A stretch of 64,000 nt of DNA from a virus. Lineage: Duplodnaviria > Heunggongvirae > Uroviricota > Caudoviricetes. Numbering within the stretch: the first letter of the stretch is position 1; each line of letters begins with the position of its first letter. Where the stretch lies: the IMG/VR virus record IMGVR_UViG_3300023174_000034; one strand, 5' to 3'. Positions 28,351 through 35,839 of this stretch are shown here, piece by piece. Made by a program: the position numbers and the translations under genes. Below the pieces are notes generated by a model. The model saw only the letters and a program-made list of their open reading frames with translations. It made no database searches and had not been told where the DNA came from.

Positions 28351-28425
28351 TGCCTATTAGCTCAGTGGTAGAGCACCGTCTTGATAAGGCGGGGGTCCTT
28401 GGATCGTTCCCAAGATAGGCAACCA
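28351..28425 (+). tRNA. tRNA-Ile(GAT)
   Basis: CCGTC-TTGATAA-GGCGG; atypical T-loop ATCGTTC. Confidence 0.88.
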
Positions 28426-28469
28426 AAAATTTTGTAATAGCAATATTGCATTGATAAGTAGAAGTGTAT

Positions 28470-28545
28470 GCGGGAATAGCTCAGTTGGTAGAGCGATACC
28501 TTGCCAAGGTATAGGTCGGGAGTTCGAGCCTCCTTTCCCGCTCCA
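28470..28545 (+). tRNA. tRNA-Gly(GCC)
   Basis: ATACC-TTGCCAA-GGTAT; U73. Confidence 0.95.
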
Positions 28546-28566
28546 TACATTTCAAACAAAATATAT

Positions 28567-28642
28567 TCCGCAGTAGCTCAGTCGGTAGAGTAGATGACTG
28601 TTAATCATTTGGTCGGTGGTTCGAGCCCACCCTGTGGAGCCA
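28567..28642 (+). tRNA. tRNA-Asn(GTT)
   Basis: GATGA-CTGTTAA-TCATT; G73. Confidence 0.94.
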
Positions 28643-28648
28643 GTATTT

Positions 28649-28724
28649 GGGGGATTAGCTCAGTTGGGAGAGCGGTTGCTTTGCAAGCAATAGGTCGCAG
28701 GTTCGATCCCTGTATCCTCCACCA
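28649..28724 (+). tRNA. tRNA-Ala(TGC)
   Basis: G3:U70; loop TTTGCAA. Confidence 0.95.
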
Positions 28725-28731
28725 ATTTATT

Positions 28732-28808
28732 CGGAGTGTGGCGCAGTCCGGTAGCGCACCTGGTTTGGGACCAGGGGGTCCAAGGTTCGAATCCTTGTAC
28801 TCCGACCA
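28732..28808 (+). tRNA. tRNA-Pro(TGG)
   Basis: CCTGG-TTTGGGA-CCAGG. Confidence 0.95.
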
Positions 28809-28817
28809 TGTTAGTTT

Positions 28818-28892
28818 GCATCCTTAGCTCAGGGGTAGAGCGTTTCCTTTACACGGAAAGGGTCCGCGGTTCGAAACCGTGAGGATGTACCA
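28818..28892 (+). tRNA. tRNA-Val(TAC)
   Basis: TTTCC-TTTACAC-GGAAA. Confidence 0.93.
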
Positions 28893-28929
28893 ATTTTTAT
28901 CAGCAAGCACAAGTGATTAAATATTAACT

Positions 28930-29739
28930 ATGCAAAACAAACCAACTGATACATTGTATCCACTCAATGACGCTTTGTTTCAAAGATTAAGACAGCAATG
29001 GTTTCAGGATCCGCAACGCGAAGTATCCAAAGATGAATACATTGCAGTTGCACAGGAATGGTTTCGATCTACTCGACTTAACAATTTAACTGGATGGGAC
29101 GCTTTTCCTTGTGTGGATTCAACCATGGGTTGTACTCATTTCATTGAGTCTGTGGCCGGCAAACATGGTTGGAACAATATCCAGATTCTGCCAGACGAAT
29201 ATTCTTACTATAGCAAAATGGGCATGGCTCCAACACAGCCAGGACAGCTTCGCCCAGGTGTGCCGCTGATGCTGTCGTTGCCTAATCATAGTTATACAGA
29301 TGTAAGGCCGGACTGGCCAGATGTACTAGCAGAGTGTGAAGCCAAGAACATTGACATACACATTGACTGTGCTTGGCTAACCTGTTCTAGAGATATAACA
29401 CTTAATTTTGATCATCCCAGGATACAGAGCTTTGCAATGAGCATGAGCAAGTACTCGCTGGAATGGAATCGCATAGGATTGCGCTGGGCAAGAAAACGTT
29501 ATATTGATTCCATTACAATGTTTAATCATCTTTACCGTGGTCGCGTAAATCTAAGTTTGATGAGTTGCGGCGTGTACATGATGCAAAACATTCCACGTGA
29601 CCATGCGTGGAACACATACGGAGAGTTGCATCACAAGATATGCAATGATCTAAATCTATTGCCTACAAAAGCAATACACGTAGCATACTGCAATCAAACA
29701 CATAAAAATGTTGGCATTGGCAATATGCTATCAGAATAG
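28930..29739 (+). CDS. PLP-dependent transferase-like protein inserted in the tRNA array
   Basis: SLPN, IHIDCAW, SMSK....NRIG resemble aminotransferase class I/II motifs. Confidence 0.6.
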   Translation: MQNKPTDTLYPLNDALFQRLRQQWFQDPQREVSKDEYIAVAQEWFRSTRLNNLTGWDAFPCVDSTMGCTHFIESVAGKHGWNNIQILPDEYSYYSKMGMAPTQPGQLRPGVPLMLSLPNHSYTDVRPDWPDVLAECEAKNIDIHIDCAWLTCSRDITLNFDHPRIQSFAMSMSKYSLEWNRIGLRWARKRYIDSITMFNHLYRGRVNLSLMSCGVYMMQNIPRDHAWNTYGELHHKICNDLNLLPTKAIHVAYCNQTHKNVGIGNMLSE

Positions 29740-29745
29740 TTCTGT

Positions 29746-29821
29746 TGGGGTGTCGCCTAGTGGCCTAAGGCAACGGTCTTTGAAATCGTCATCATGAGTT
29801 CGAATCTCATCTCCCCTGCCA
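29746..29821 (+). tRNA. tRNA-Gln(TTG)
   Basis: ACGGT-CTTTGAA-ATCGT; G73; two acceptor mismatches. Confidence 0.87.
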
Positions 29822-29829
29822 AATACAAT

Positions 29830-29906
29830 GCGACCGTAGCTCAGTTGGATAGAGTACTGGCCTACGAAGTCAGGTGTCGGGAGTTCGAGTCTCTCCGGTC
29901 GCACCA
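29830..29906 (+). tRNA. tRNA-Arg(ACG)
   Basis: CTGGC-CTACGAA-GTCAG. Confidence 0.93.
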
Positions 29907-29912
29907 ATACAA

Positions 29913-29986
29913 GCCCTGTTAGTTAAGTGGTATAACAACTGTTTTGTAATCAGTAGTTGGCAGTTCGATTCTGTCACGGGGCACCA
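29913..29986 (+). tRNA. tRNA-Thr(TGT)
   Basis: Loop TTTGTAA; CCA. Confidence 0.9.
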
Positions 29987-29993
29987 GTTTTAT

Positions 29994-30068
29994 GTTGAGG
30001 TTAGTTTAGTGGTAAAACCGCGGGTTGTGATTCCGCTATCACGAGTTCGATCCTCGTACCTCAACCCA
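29994..30068 (+). tRNA. tRNA-His(GTG)
   Basis: G-1:C73; loop TTGTGAT. Confidence 0.93.
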
Positions 30069-30075
30069 ATACAAT

Positions 30076-30151
30076 GCCAAGATAGCTCATCAGGTAGAGC
30101 ACTAGTTTGAAGCACTAGGTGTGGTTGGTTCGAGTCCAACTCTTGGTACCA
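30076..30151 (+). tRNA. tRNA-Phe(GAA)
   Basis: CTAGT-TTGAAGC-ACTAG (G37-C38). Confidence 0.88.
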
Positions 30152-30154
30152 TAT

Positions 30155-30229
30155 GCCTCTTTGGTGAAATGGATATCATCTTTGTCTTCGAAACAAAGGG
30201 TGTGGGTTCGATTCCTGCAAGAGGCGCCA
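30155..30229 (+). tRNA. tRNA-Arg(TCG)
   Basis: TTTGT-CTTCGAA-ACAAA. Confidence 0.88.
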
Positions 30230-30231
30230 AC

Positions 30232-30306
30232 ATCGCTATAGTTCAGTGGATAGAACAAAACACTCCTAAGGTTAAGACGGAGGTTCGATTCCTCCTAGCG
30301 GTACCA
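30232..30306 (+). tRNA. tRNA-Arg(CCT)
   Basis: Loop CTCCTAA; weak anticodon stem. Confidence 0.8.
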
Positions 30307-30308
30307 AC

Positions 30309-30384
30309 AGTTCCTTAGCTCAGTTGGTAGAGCGTTACGTTGACATCGTAAAGGTCAGTGGTTCAAACCCGCTAGGAACTACCA
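30309..30384 (+). tRNA. tRNA-Val(GAC)
   Basis: TTACG-TTGACAT-CGTAA. Confidence 0.93.
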
Positions 30385-30393
30385 AAATAAACA

Positions 30394-30422
30394 TTGACAT
30401 CAATGTAGTATCAATATATAAT
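30394..30422 (+). promoter_or_regulatory. Internal consensus sigma70 promoter in the tRNA array
   Basis: TTGACA-N17-TATAAT. Confidence 0.85.
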
Positions 30423-30432
30423 ACAAACAACT

Positions 30433-30524
30433 GGAAACGTGGCCGAGTGGTCTAAGGCAGCAGGTTGCTAACCTGTCGTGTCAAGTAATTGGCACCGAGA
30501 GTTCGAATCTCTCCGTTTCCGCCA
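30433..30524 (+). tRNA. tRNA-Ser(GCT)
   Basis: GCAGG-TTGCTAA-CCTGT; long variable arm. Confidence 0.94.
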
Positions 30525-30531
30525 AGATTAT

Positions 30532-30605
30532 CGCGGGATAGAGTAACGGTAATTCAGAAGTCTCATAAGCTTCAGATGGTGGTTCGATTCCGCCTCCCGC
30601 AACCA
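30532..30605 (+). tRNA. Initiator-type tRNA-fMet(CAT), atypical
   Basis: CGCGGG 5' end, C1:A72 mismatch; anticodon stem lacks the three G-C pairs. Confidence 0.85.
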
Positions 30606-30610
30606 GTTAT

Positions 30611-30724
30611 GCTTTCTGTAGTAGCTACAATGGAACACCGAAATACTTGTCAATGTCGACCATGTACAAGGACCGGCCATGAAGAGTAGGGCTACCGTGG
30701 ATTCAAGCGCCGCAGAAAGCACCA
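30611..30724 (+). ncRNA. 114-nt tRNA-like RNA ending ACCA
   Basis: Acceptor stem GCTTTCTG/CAGAAAGC-ACCA; T-loop-like GATTCAAG; rod-like interior. Confidence 0.65.
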
Positions 30725-30729
30725 TACAT

Positions 30730-30806
30730 GGCTCCGTAGTTCAGTCCGGCAGAACGTTGGTCTCCAAAACCAAATGTCAGTGGTTCAAATCCATTCGGGG
30801 TCGCCA
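30730..30806 (+). tRNA. tRNA-Trp(CCA)
   Basis: TTGGT-CTCCAAA-ACCAA; G73. Confidence 0.92.
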
Positions 30807-30810
30807 ATTT

Positions 30811-30886
30811 GGATGTATAGCATAGTGGCTAATGCAGTTCCTTCATACGGAAAAGATCGTTGGTTCGAGTCCAACTACATCCACCA
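30811..30886 (+). tRNA. Elongator tRNA-Met(CAT)
   Basis: TTCC-TTCATAC-GGAA; G1-C72. Confidence 0.87.
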
Positions 30887-30888
30887 AG

Positions 30889-31042
30889 TTTCTGAGATAG
30901 ACGTAGGGTTTGAGTCCCACTTAGTCTAGCCGAGTGGCTGCTCGGTGACAACGCAAGATGGCTATTTGTGGTCAGCAAAGACTTGCCCTTACGAGACAAT
31001 CCAGCAAGGCCGGGCCACCCGGATAGTTGGGCACTTGGAAAA
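30889..31042 (+). ncRNA. Unidentified structured spacer RNA
   Basis: TTTCTGAG/CTTGGAAA closing stem; T-loop-like GGGTTTGAGTCCC; CCGAG/CTCGG and CCGGG/CCCGG hairpins. Confidence 0.45.
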
Positions 31043-31050
31043 CCTATAAC

Positions 31051-31128
31051 GCCCCTGTGGACAAATTGGCAAAGTCGTCTCTCTCAAAAGGAGAAATTCT
31101 CTCGGTTCGACTCCGAGCGGGGGTACCA
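31051..31128 (+). tRNA. tRNA-Leu(CAA) without long variable arm
   Basis: TCTCT-CTCAAAA-GGAGA; Leu-type D arm; 78 nt. Confidence 0.85.
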
Positions 31129-31129
31129 C

Positions 31130-31203
31130 GCTCTTGTAGTTAAGTGGCATAACGGCTCCATGGTAAGGAGCAATCGACAGTTCGATTCTGTACTTGAGCA
31201 CCA
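31130..31203 (+). tRNA. tRNA-Thr(GGT)
   Basis: GCTCC-ATGGTAA-GGAGC. Confidence 0.88.
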
Positions 31204-31209
31204 ATATTG

Positions 31210-31238
31210 TTGACTAGCTTTGTGCAGTACTATATACT
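31210..31238 (+). promoter_or_regulatory. sigma70 promoter
   Basis: TTGACT-N17-TATACT. Confidence 0.7.
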
Positions 31239-31241
31239 GTT

Positions 31242-31640
31242 ATGATGAATAGAGTTTTTGTTAATGGTACGTTTGATATCCTGCATCCAGGCCATGTGAT
31301 GTTGTTGCAGTATGCGGCCAGTCTTGGTCAAGTCACAGTTGCCATTGACACAGACCGTCGGGTACGCCAGCTGAAAGGCGCAGGTCGTCCGTTCTTTAAT
31401 CAAGACGAACGCCGACTAATGCTACAAGGTCTAAAGTATGTGAGCAAGGTATGTACCTTTGACACAGATCAAGAACTAGAATACCTTATTCAAACCAGCG
31501 AACCAGACATCATGGTCAAAGGCAGTGATTACCGTGGGCGTCCAATCATTGGAGAAGAGCACGTGCCACACATAGAATTTTTTGAAAGACTTGATGAGTA
31601 CTCCAGTACAAAAGCAATTCAACATATTGTTACTAGGTGA
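31242..31640 (+). CDS. Nucleotidylyltransferase (HldC/RfaE domain II-like)
   Basis: GTFDILHPGH, DTDRRVRQLKGAGRP, VKGSDY, YSST. Confidence 0.9.
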   Translation: MMNRVFVNGTFDILHPGHVMLLQYAASLGQVTVAIDTDRRVRQLKGAGRPFFNQDERRLMLQGLKYVSKVCTFDTDQELEYLIQTSEPDIMVKGSDYRGRPIIGEEHVPHIEFFERLDEYSSTKAIQHIVTR

Positions 31641-32343
31641 CAGTTGTTTAGACGTTTATCAATACGGCACAGTTGATCGCATGAGTCCAGAAGCTCCTGT
31701 TCCTGTGTTTGTGCCTGCACATGAAGAAACCCGTCCGGGCATGGCGTCCAATGTATATGAAAATCTCAAAGCACTTGGGCTGACTGCAAATTTTATCACA
31801 GGGCAAGAAGGCACAAAGACCAGACTGATTGACAGTCGTAGCAAGCAACAGATTGTTCGCATTGATGCTGATGTCAAAAACGATCCGCTAGTGTTTGAAA
31901 CAGCAATACCACAAGTGTATCATGCCATTGTGATCAGCGACTACAACAAAGGCTTGATCACATACGAACTGGTAGAAGAACTACGTAGAGAATTTCCAGG
32001 TCCTATTTTCATTGACACCAAGAAGCAGGACCTAAAACGATTTGAAGGTTGCATTGTAAAGATCAACGAAGTTGAATACAAGGCAAGACACAGCGATTGT
32101 ACTGACATGATTGTAACGCTGGGCAAAGCAGGCGCTTTGCACAATTTTGTCATGTATCCGGCGCCTGAAATAGACGTTACTGACGTGTGTGGAGCCGGTG
32201 ATACATTCCTTGCCGCACTGGCATATGAATATCTAAATACAGACGGTGACATGAGCCAAGCAATTCAATTTGCTATTCGGGCCAGCGCCGTCACTGTACA
32301 ACACACAGGTGTGTACGCACCCCGATTAGAGGAAATCAAATGA
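31594..32343 (+). CDS. PfkB-family heptose kinase (HldA/RfaE domain I-like)
   Basis: RMSPEAPVPV, ISDYNKG, DVCGAGDTF. Confidence 0.9.
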   Translation: MSTPVQKQFNILLLGDSCLDVYQYGTVDRMSPEAPVPVFVPAHEETRPGMASNVYENLKALGLTANFITGQEGTKTRLIDSRSKQQIVRIDADVKNDPLVFETAIPQVYHAIVISDYNKGLITYELVEELRREFPGPIFIDTKKQDLKRFEGCIVKINEVEYKARHSDCTDMIVTLGKAGALHNFVMYPAPEIDVTDVCGAGDTFLAALAYEYLNTDGDMSQAIQFAIRASAVTVQHTGVYAPRLEEIK

Positions 32344-32699
32344 CACAGTTAAAAGGACTAGTACCCAAGGGGTGGGGTTCAGAGTTTATCTGGGCCACCA
32401 ATGACAAGTACTGCGGCAAGTTCATGAACTTCAATGCAGGTGCAAAGTTCAGTATGCACTTTCATCAGTTCAAAGAAGAAACCTGGTATGTACAATCAGG
32501 ACGGTTTATTGTGCGCTGGATTGACACTGCCACTGCTGAACACCATGAAAAAGAACTGCGTGATGGTGCAGTATGGCACAACGAACCCTGCAAGCCACAT
32601 CAGTTGGAATGTCTTGAAGCAGGCACAGTAATTGAGGTCAGCACACCAGACTCAGTGGAAGACAACTACAGAGTGGGCAAAGGCGACAGTCAAACGTAA
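32340..32699 (+). CDS. Cupin sugar-phosphate isomerase-like protein
   Basis: VPKGWGSE, SMHFH..KEETWYV, EVSTPD..EDNYRV. Confidence 0.8.
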   Translation: MTQLKGLVPKGWGSEFIWATNDKYCGKFMNFNAGAKFSMHFHQFKEETWYVQSGRFIVRWIDTATAEHHEKELRDGAVWHNEPCKPHQLECLEAGTVIEVSTPDSVEDNYRVGKGDSQT

Positions 32700-33868
32700 T
32701 GTTCTTTCGCATAGCACCAGAGCAGGACATGCGATTTCCTGTGCAGTTTCTGCTTAGAGATAATCTGTGGTTGAACTGCGATACAGGATGGACAGAGATC
32801 TGGACAGAGCATGGCTTTGCTTACATCAAAGGCTACTGTCATGAACATGGACTTAGCCAGTATTTTGCTACCAAGCTCATGCAGGACCCTGAGCCCTGTT
32901 ACACAGGTAGCTTTGTTGCGGTGCTGGCCAAGAACGACGGTGCAGTTGTGGTCACAAACGATACATCAAGAGCTACACCACTGTGGCGTAACGATGACAA
33001 GTTTGAACTAGGCAACATGGGTGTGACAGGTCAGAATGTCTGGGCAGATGCCTGGGTTGTCATGACCAGCACAATACTTGAACATCGCTGGGGTGCTGTG
33101 CCTGGCATAGACCCACAGTCAATCTACAGCGTGTTGGACGAAATACATAATATGTTAACTGCTCGTTTTCAGTGGTTGGCACTCAACACAGACAATATCC
33201 GAGTGTTCTTTTCGGGCGGAATTGATACGCTAACATGCATCAGTTACTTGCGAGCATTAGAAATACCATTTGAACTTGTGTGTGGAGAACATTATGACTA
33301 TGATCAGTTCACATGCGAGTTTGACAACGAACTAAAAGCCCATTGGGGCTATACACAGATTCATCACTACCGTGAGCCTACCATGCTTGTGACTGGTGCT
33401 TGCGGAGATGAATATTTTTTGCGTGGACCAGCAACAGCAAATATCATGCTCATGCACTTGGGCAAGAGCATGGAGCAGGTGTTAACCCCTGATCATTATC
33501 ACTACCAGTACTTTCGGGGCATAGAGAAATCAGCCCTGTACAAGCGACAAGTACAGGACGAACAAATACAAAAGGCAATACAAAGTAGAGAAACAACTGC
33601 GGACTATATTCTGCGGATGTGCATTAACGATCACCAGCACTGGCACCTTGGGCAAACACTAACGTTTACTCCGTTCAAGGACATTGGCATACTCAAGCTA
33701 ATACTCAGTATGGACGACCAACAACATATAATTGAATCTATCGTTGATGCCAAAATACAAAAATTACTCATAGCTCGCAATGAGCCTGAGTTACTTGGCT
33801 ATCTAGTCAAGCATAAAAACATGGACCGCACAGCAATATACAAACTGTACGAGTTCCTATCAAGATAA
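32699..33868 (+). CDS. Asparagine-synthetase-like (PP-loop) protein
   Basis: Degenerate Ntn N-terminal domain; FFSGGIDT, TGACGDEYF. Confidence 0.65.
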   Translation: MFFRIAPEQDMRFPVQFLLRDNLWLNCDTGWTEIWTEHGFAYIKGYCHEHGLSQYFATKLMQDPEPCYTGSFVAVLAKNDGAVVVTNDTSRATPLWRNDDKFELGNMGVTGQNVWADAWVVMTSTILEHRWGAVPGIDPQSIYSVLDEIHNMLTARFQWLALNTDNIRVFFSGGIDTLTCISYLRALEIPFELVCGEHYDYDQFTCEFDNELKAHWGYTQIHHYREPTMLVTGACGDEYFLRGPATANIMLMHLGKSMEQVLTPDHYHYQYFRGIEKSALYKRQVQDEQIQKAIQSRETTADYILRMCINDHQHWHLGQTLTFTPFKDIGILKLILSMDDQQHIIESIVDAKIQKLLIARNEPELLGYLVKHKNMDRTAIYKLYEFLSR

Positions 33869-33869
33869 T

Positions 33870-33959
33870 GGAAGTGTGGCTGAGCATGGCTTAAGGCAGC
33901 AGTCTTGAAAACTGAAGTGTCGAAAGGCACCGTGGGTTCGAATCCTACCACTTCCGCCA
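33870..33959 (+). tRNA. tRNA-Ser(TGA)
   Basis: CAGT-CTTGAAA-ACTG; long variable arm; G73. Confidence 0.94.
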
Positions 33960-33968
33960 ATAACACGG

Positions 33969-34017
33969 CCCTGACCTCTGCGGATTGATCATCCATGCAC
34001 GTCAGGGTTTTTCTTTT
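33969..34017 (+). terminator. Rho-independent terminator
   Basis: CCCTGAC...GTCAGGG-TTTTTCTTTT. Confidence 0.7.
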
Positions 34018-34039
34018 GACCTCTGTTTTTGCACCACAG

Positions 34040-34047
34040 TATAAATA
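34040..34047 (+). promoter_or_regulatory. T4-like late promoter
   Basis: Exact TATAAATA upstream of an SD and ATG. Another exact copy at 58824; ATAAATA at 3317, 6603, 22672, 35312 and 41594. Confidence 0.75.
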
Positions 34048-34074
34048 CGCACATAACTCAACCAGGAAATTTCC

Positions 34075-34632
34075 ATGATCATCCCATCCAACTCTGAAAA
34101 ATTTGACAAGCAATGGCTCGAGCTCATCAGCCACGACCCTGTTCATCCAACTATTGCTAAAGAATCTCGTACCCTGGGCACACGTACAGTATTGATGTAC
34201 GAGGAACAAGATCAAAATCAGTGCATGATTTGCACAAAGATAAGTGACGACCTGGTGCGAAGCATGAAAGATATCTTCGTGGACAGCAAAGACGAAGGAC
34301 TCACTGCCATGTTCTACACCATCTTTCGCTTGCCTGATGCACTGATGGGTGTGGGTGCCAGAGCACTGAAAGAAGCTGTGAGCCATTTCAGCGCACAAGG
34401 TGTGAAAAACTTTTACACACTGAGTCCTATTCCAAGTCTGAGCAAGCACTTTGACGCACCTCCTACAGAAGAACAGGTGCGTGAATTCATTGCAGAGCGT
34501 AAAGATCCTGTGGCCAAGTTCCATCTGGGCAACGGTGCTAGCCTACACGCAGTAAACTTTGATGCAGATTCCAGCGATATTCGCCAGGGCGAAAGCTGGG
34601 GAATCATGGTCAACTACCGTTATACTGTTTAA
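34075..34632 (+). CDS. Malonyl-CoA decarboxylase catalytic-domain protein
   Basis: FYTI, FYTLSPIP, DPVAKFHLGNGA, NFDAD.S, S.GIMVNYRY. Confidence 0.85.
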   Translation: MIIPSNSEKFDKQWLELISHDPVHPTIAKESRTLGTRTVLMYEEQDQNQCMICTKISDDLVRSMKDIFVDSKDEGLTAMFYTIFRLPDALMGVGARALKEAVSHFSAQGVKNFYTLSPIPSLSKHFDAPPTEEQVREFIAERKDPVAKFHLGNGASLHAVNFDADSSDIRQGESWGIMVNYRYTV

Positions 34633-35270
34633 GGGGTATTAACACGGAACCGCTGGGCGTCTTGTTTCAGCTTGACCATTTCTTCTGCTAGTGCCTGGCC
34701 GCTAACTGCGTCAGGGTACCGATCTAGTATCTCTTGAGCCAGCGCAAGATCTCTGCAGACCACGCCCAGTCCTGCGGAATGCAAAAATGCCACTTTGGCT
34801 TGAGCACCTACTTCTAGAAATACTCGAGTAACATCTGGGTAGGATGTGATATCGTGCATGAGTACCACTCCTGTGGCGCTCACGTGCGGACCCCAGTTCA
34901 CAAAGTCCATCAAACAAGCTTCATATGTGTGTAGCCCGTCAATGTGCAAGATATCAATTGGTGCTACCCAATACTGTGCAAGCTCAGTGAAGTCGCCTTT
35001 GATCAACTGTACATTGGTGTACTCGTTGTCTGTTGCAAACTGTTGCACTGTTTCGTGTTGATTTTTTTCACGTGTGCCTGCATGTGCATCACCTTCAAAT
35101 AGGTCAATGCCAATCACACGCCCTGGGTTTTTGTTTGCTAGGCAAAACAAGCTGTAGCCGTAATCCACGCCTAATTCTACTGTTATTTTGGGTTGCAAAC
35201 GCTGTGTTAGCCATTCAGCAAACGCACGATGCCCTTTCCAGCTACTTTCAAGTTGTTCAAGTTTATCCAT
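34629..35270 (-). CDS. Class I SAM methyltransferase (Methyltransf_24-like)
   Basis: VELGVDYGYS, GIDLF, IDILHIDGLHTYE, GVVLMHD. Confidence 0.88.
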   Translation of the reverse strand: MDKLEQLESSWKGHRAFAEWLTQRLQPKITVELGVDYGYSLFCLANKNPGRVIGIDLFEGDAHAGTREKNQHETVQQFATDNEYTNVQLIKGDFTELAQYWVAPIDILHIDGLHTYEACLMDFVNWGPHVSATGVVLMHDITSYPDVTRVFLEVGAQAKVAFLHSAGLGVVCRDLALAQEILDRYPDAVSGQALAEEMVKLKQDAQRFRVNTP

Positions 35271-35341
35271 ACACTTATTTAATTGCCTGCTACGGGGTAT
35301 TGCAGTTTTCCATAAATACTGGATACAGATGATGGTATCCT

Positions 35342-35839
35342 ATGCAAACAATCGACGTTTTTTGGTATAAAAATATCCTGGAAGTCCAGGTGCAGGATCC
35401 TGCCATCTTCACCACAAGGAACAGGATTGTGTACAGCAGACCTATAAAAATCTACCAGGGTATTGACAACCCTATCCACATTGTGGCTAAAAATCAAGAT
35501 CAAAAATCAGTTGATCTCACAGGCTACACCATGGAAATTGCCATCCAGGACCTTATAAATGAGCTGACTGTTTCGGTTTTTGCTGTGTCTGCATTTACAT
35601 GGAATCGAGGACTAGGGCAGTTTACCATTCCAGTAGAAACGGTAAATGCGCTGGATCAAGAATTTTACTGGCTCACTGCCAGACTGGTCAACACCGCTAC
35701 CAATGCGCTACAACCACTTTATATTGATGACAATCATGAAGTACGACTAACACTGCAAGTATTGCCAGCATACTACCAAAGTGTATCACAAGACCTAGTG
35801 CTAAACGATGGCATCATAGATTCAGGAGTCATCGGATAA
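35342..35839 (+). CDS. Hypothetical tail/baseplate accessory protein
   Basis: IYQGIDN...KNQDQKSVDLTG; coupled to the fibre gene. Confidence 0.6.
   Translation: MQTIDVFWYKNILEVQVQDPAIFTTRNRIVYSRPIKIYQGIDNPIHIVAKNQDQKSVDLTGYTMEIAIQDLINELTVSVFAVSAFTWNRGLGQFTIPVETVNALDQEFYWLTARLVNTATNALQPLYIDDNHEVRLTLQVLPAYYQSVSQDLVLNDGIIDSGVIG

Noticed and set aside
26621-31213. ORF-track ORFs across the tRNA region (e.g. 26621-26947, 27001-27240, 28594-28827, 29874-30110, 30968-31213)
   Set aside because: They overlap tRNA or ncRNA genes and are shadow ORFs.
33799-34524. 241-aa minus-strand ORF
   Set aside because: It is antisense to tRNA-Ser and the well-supported MCD gene.
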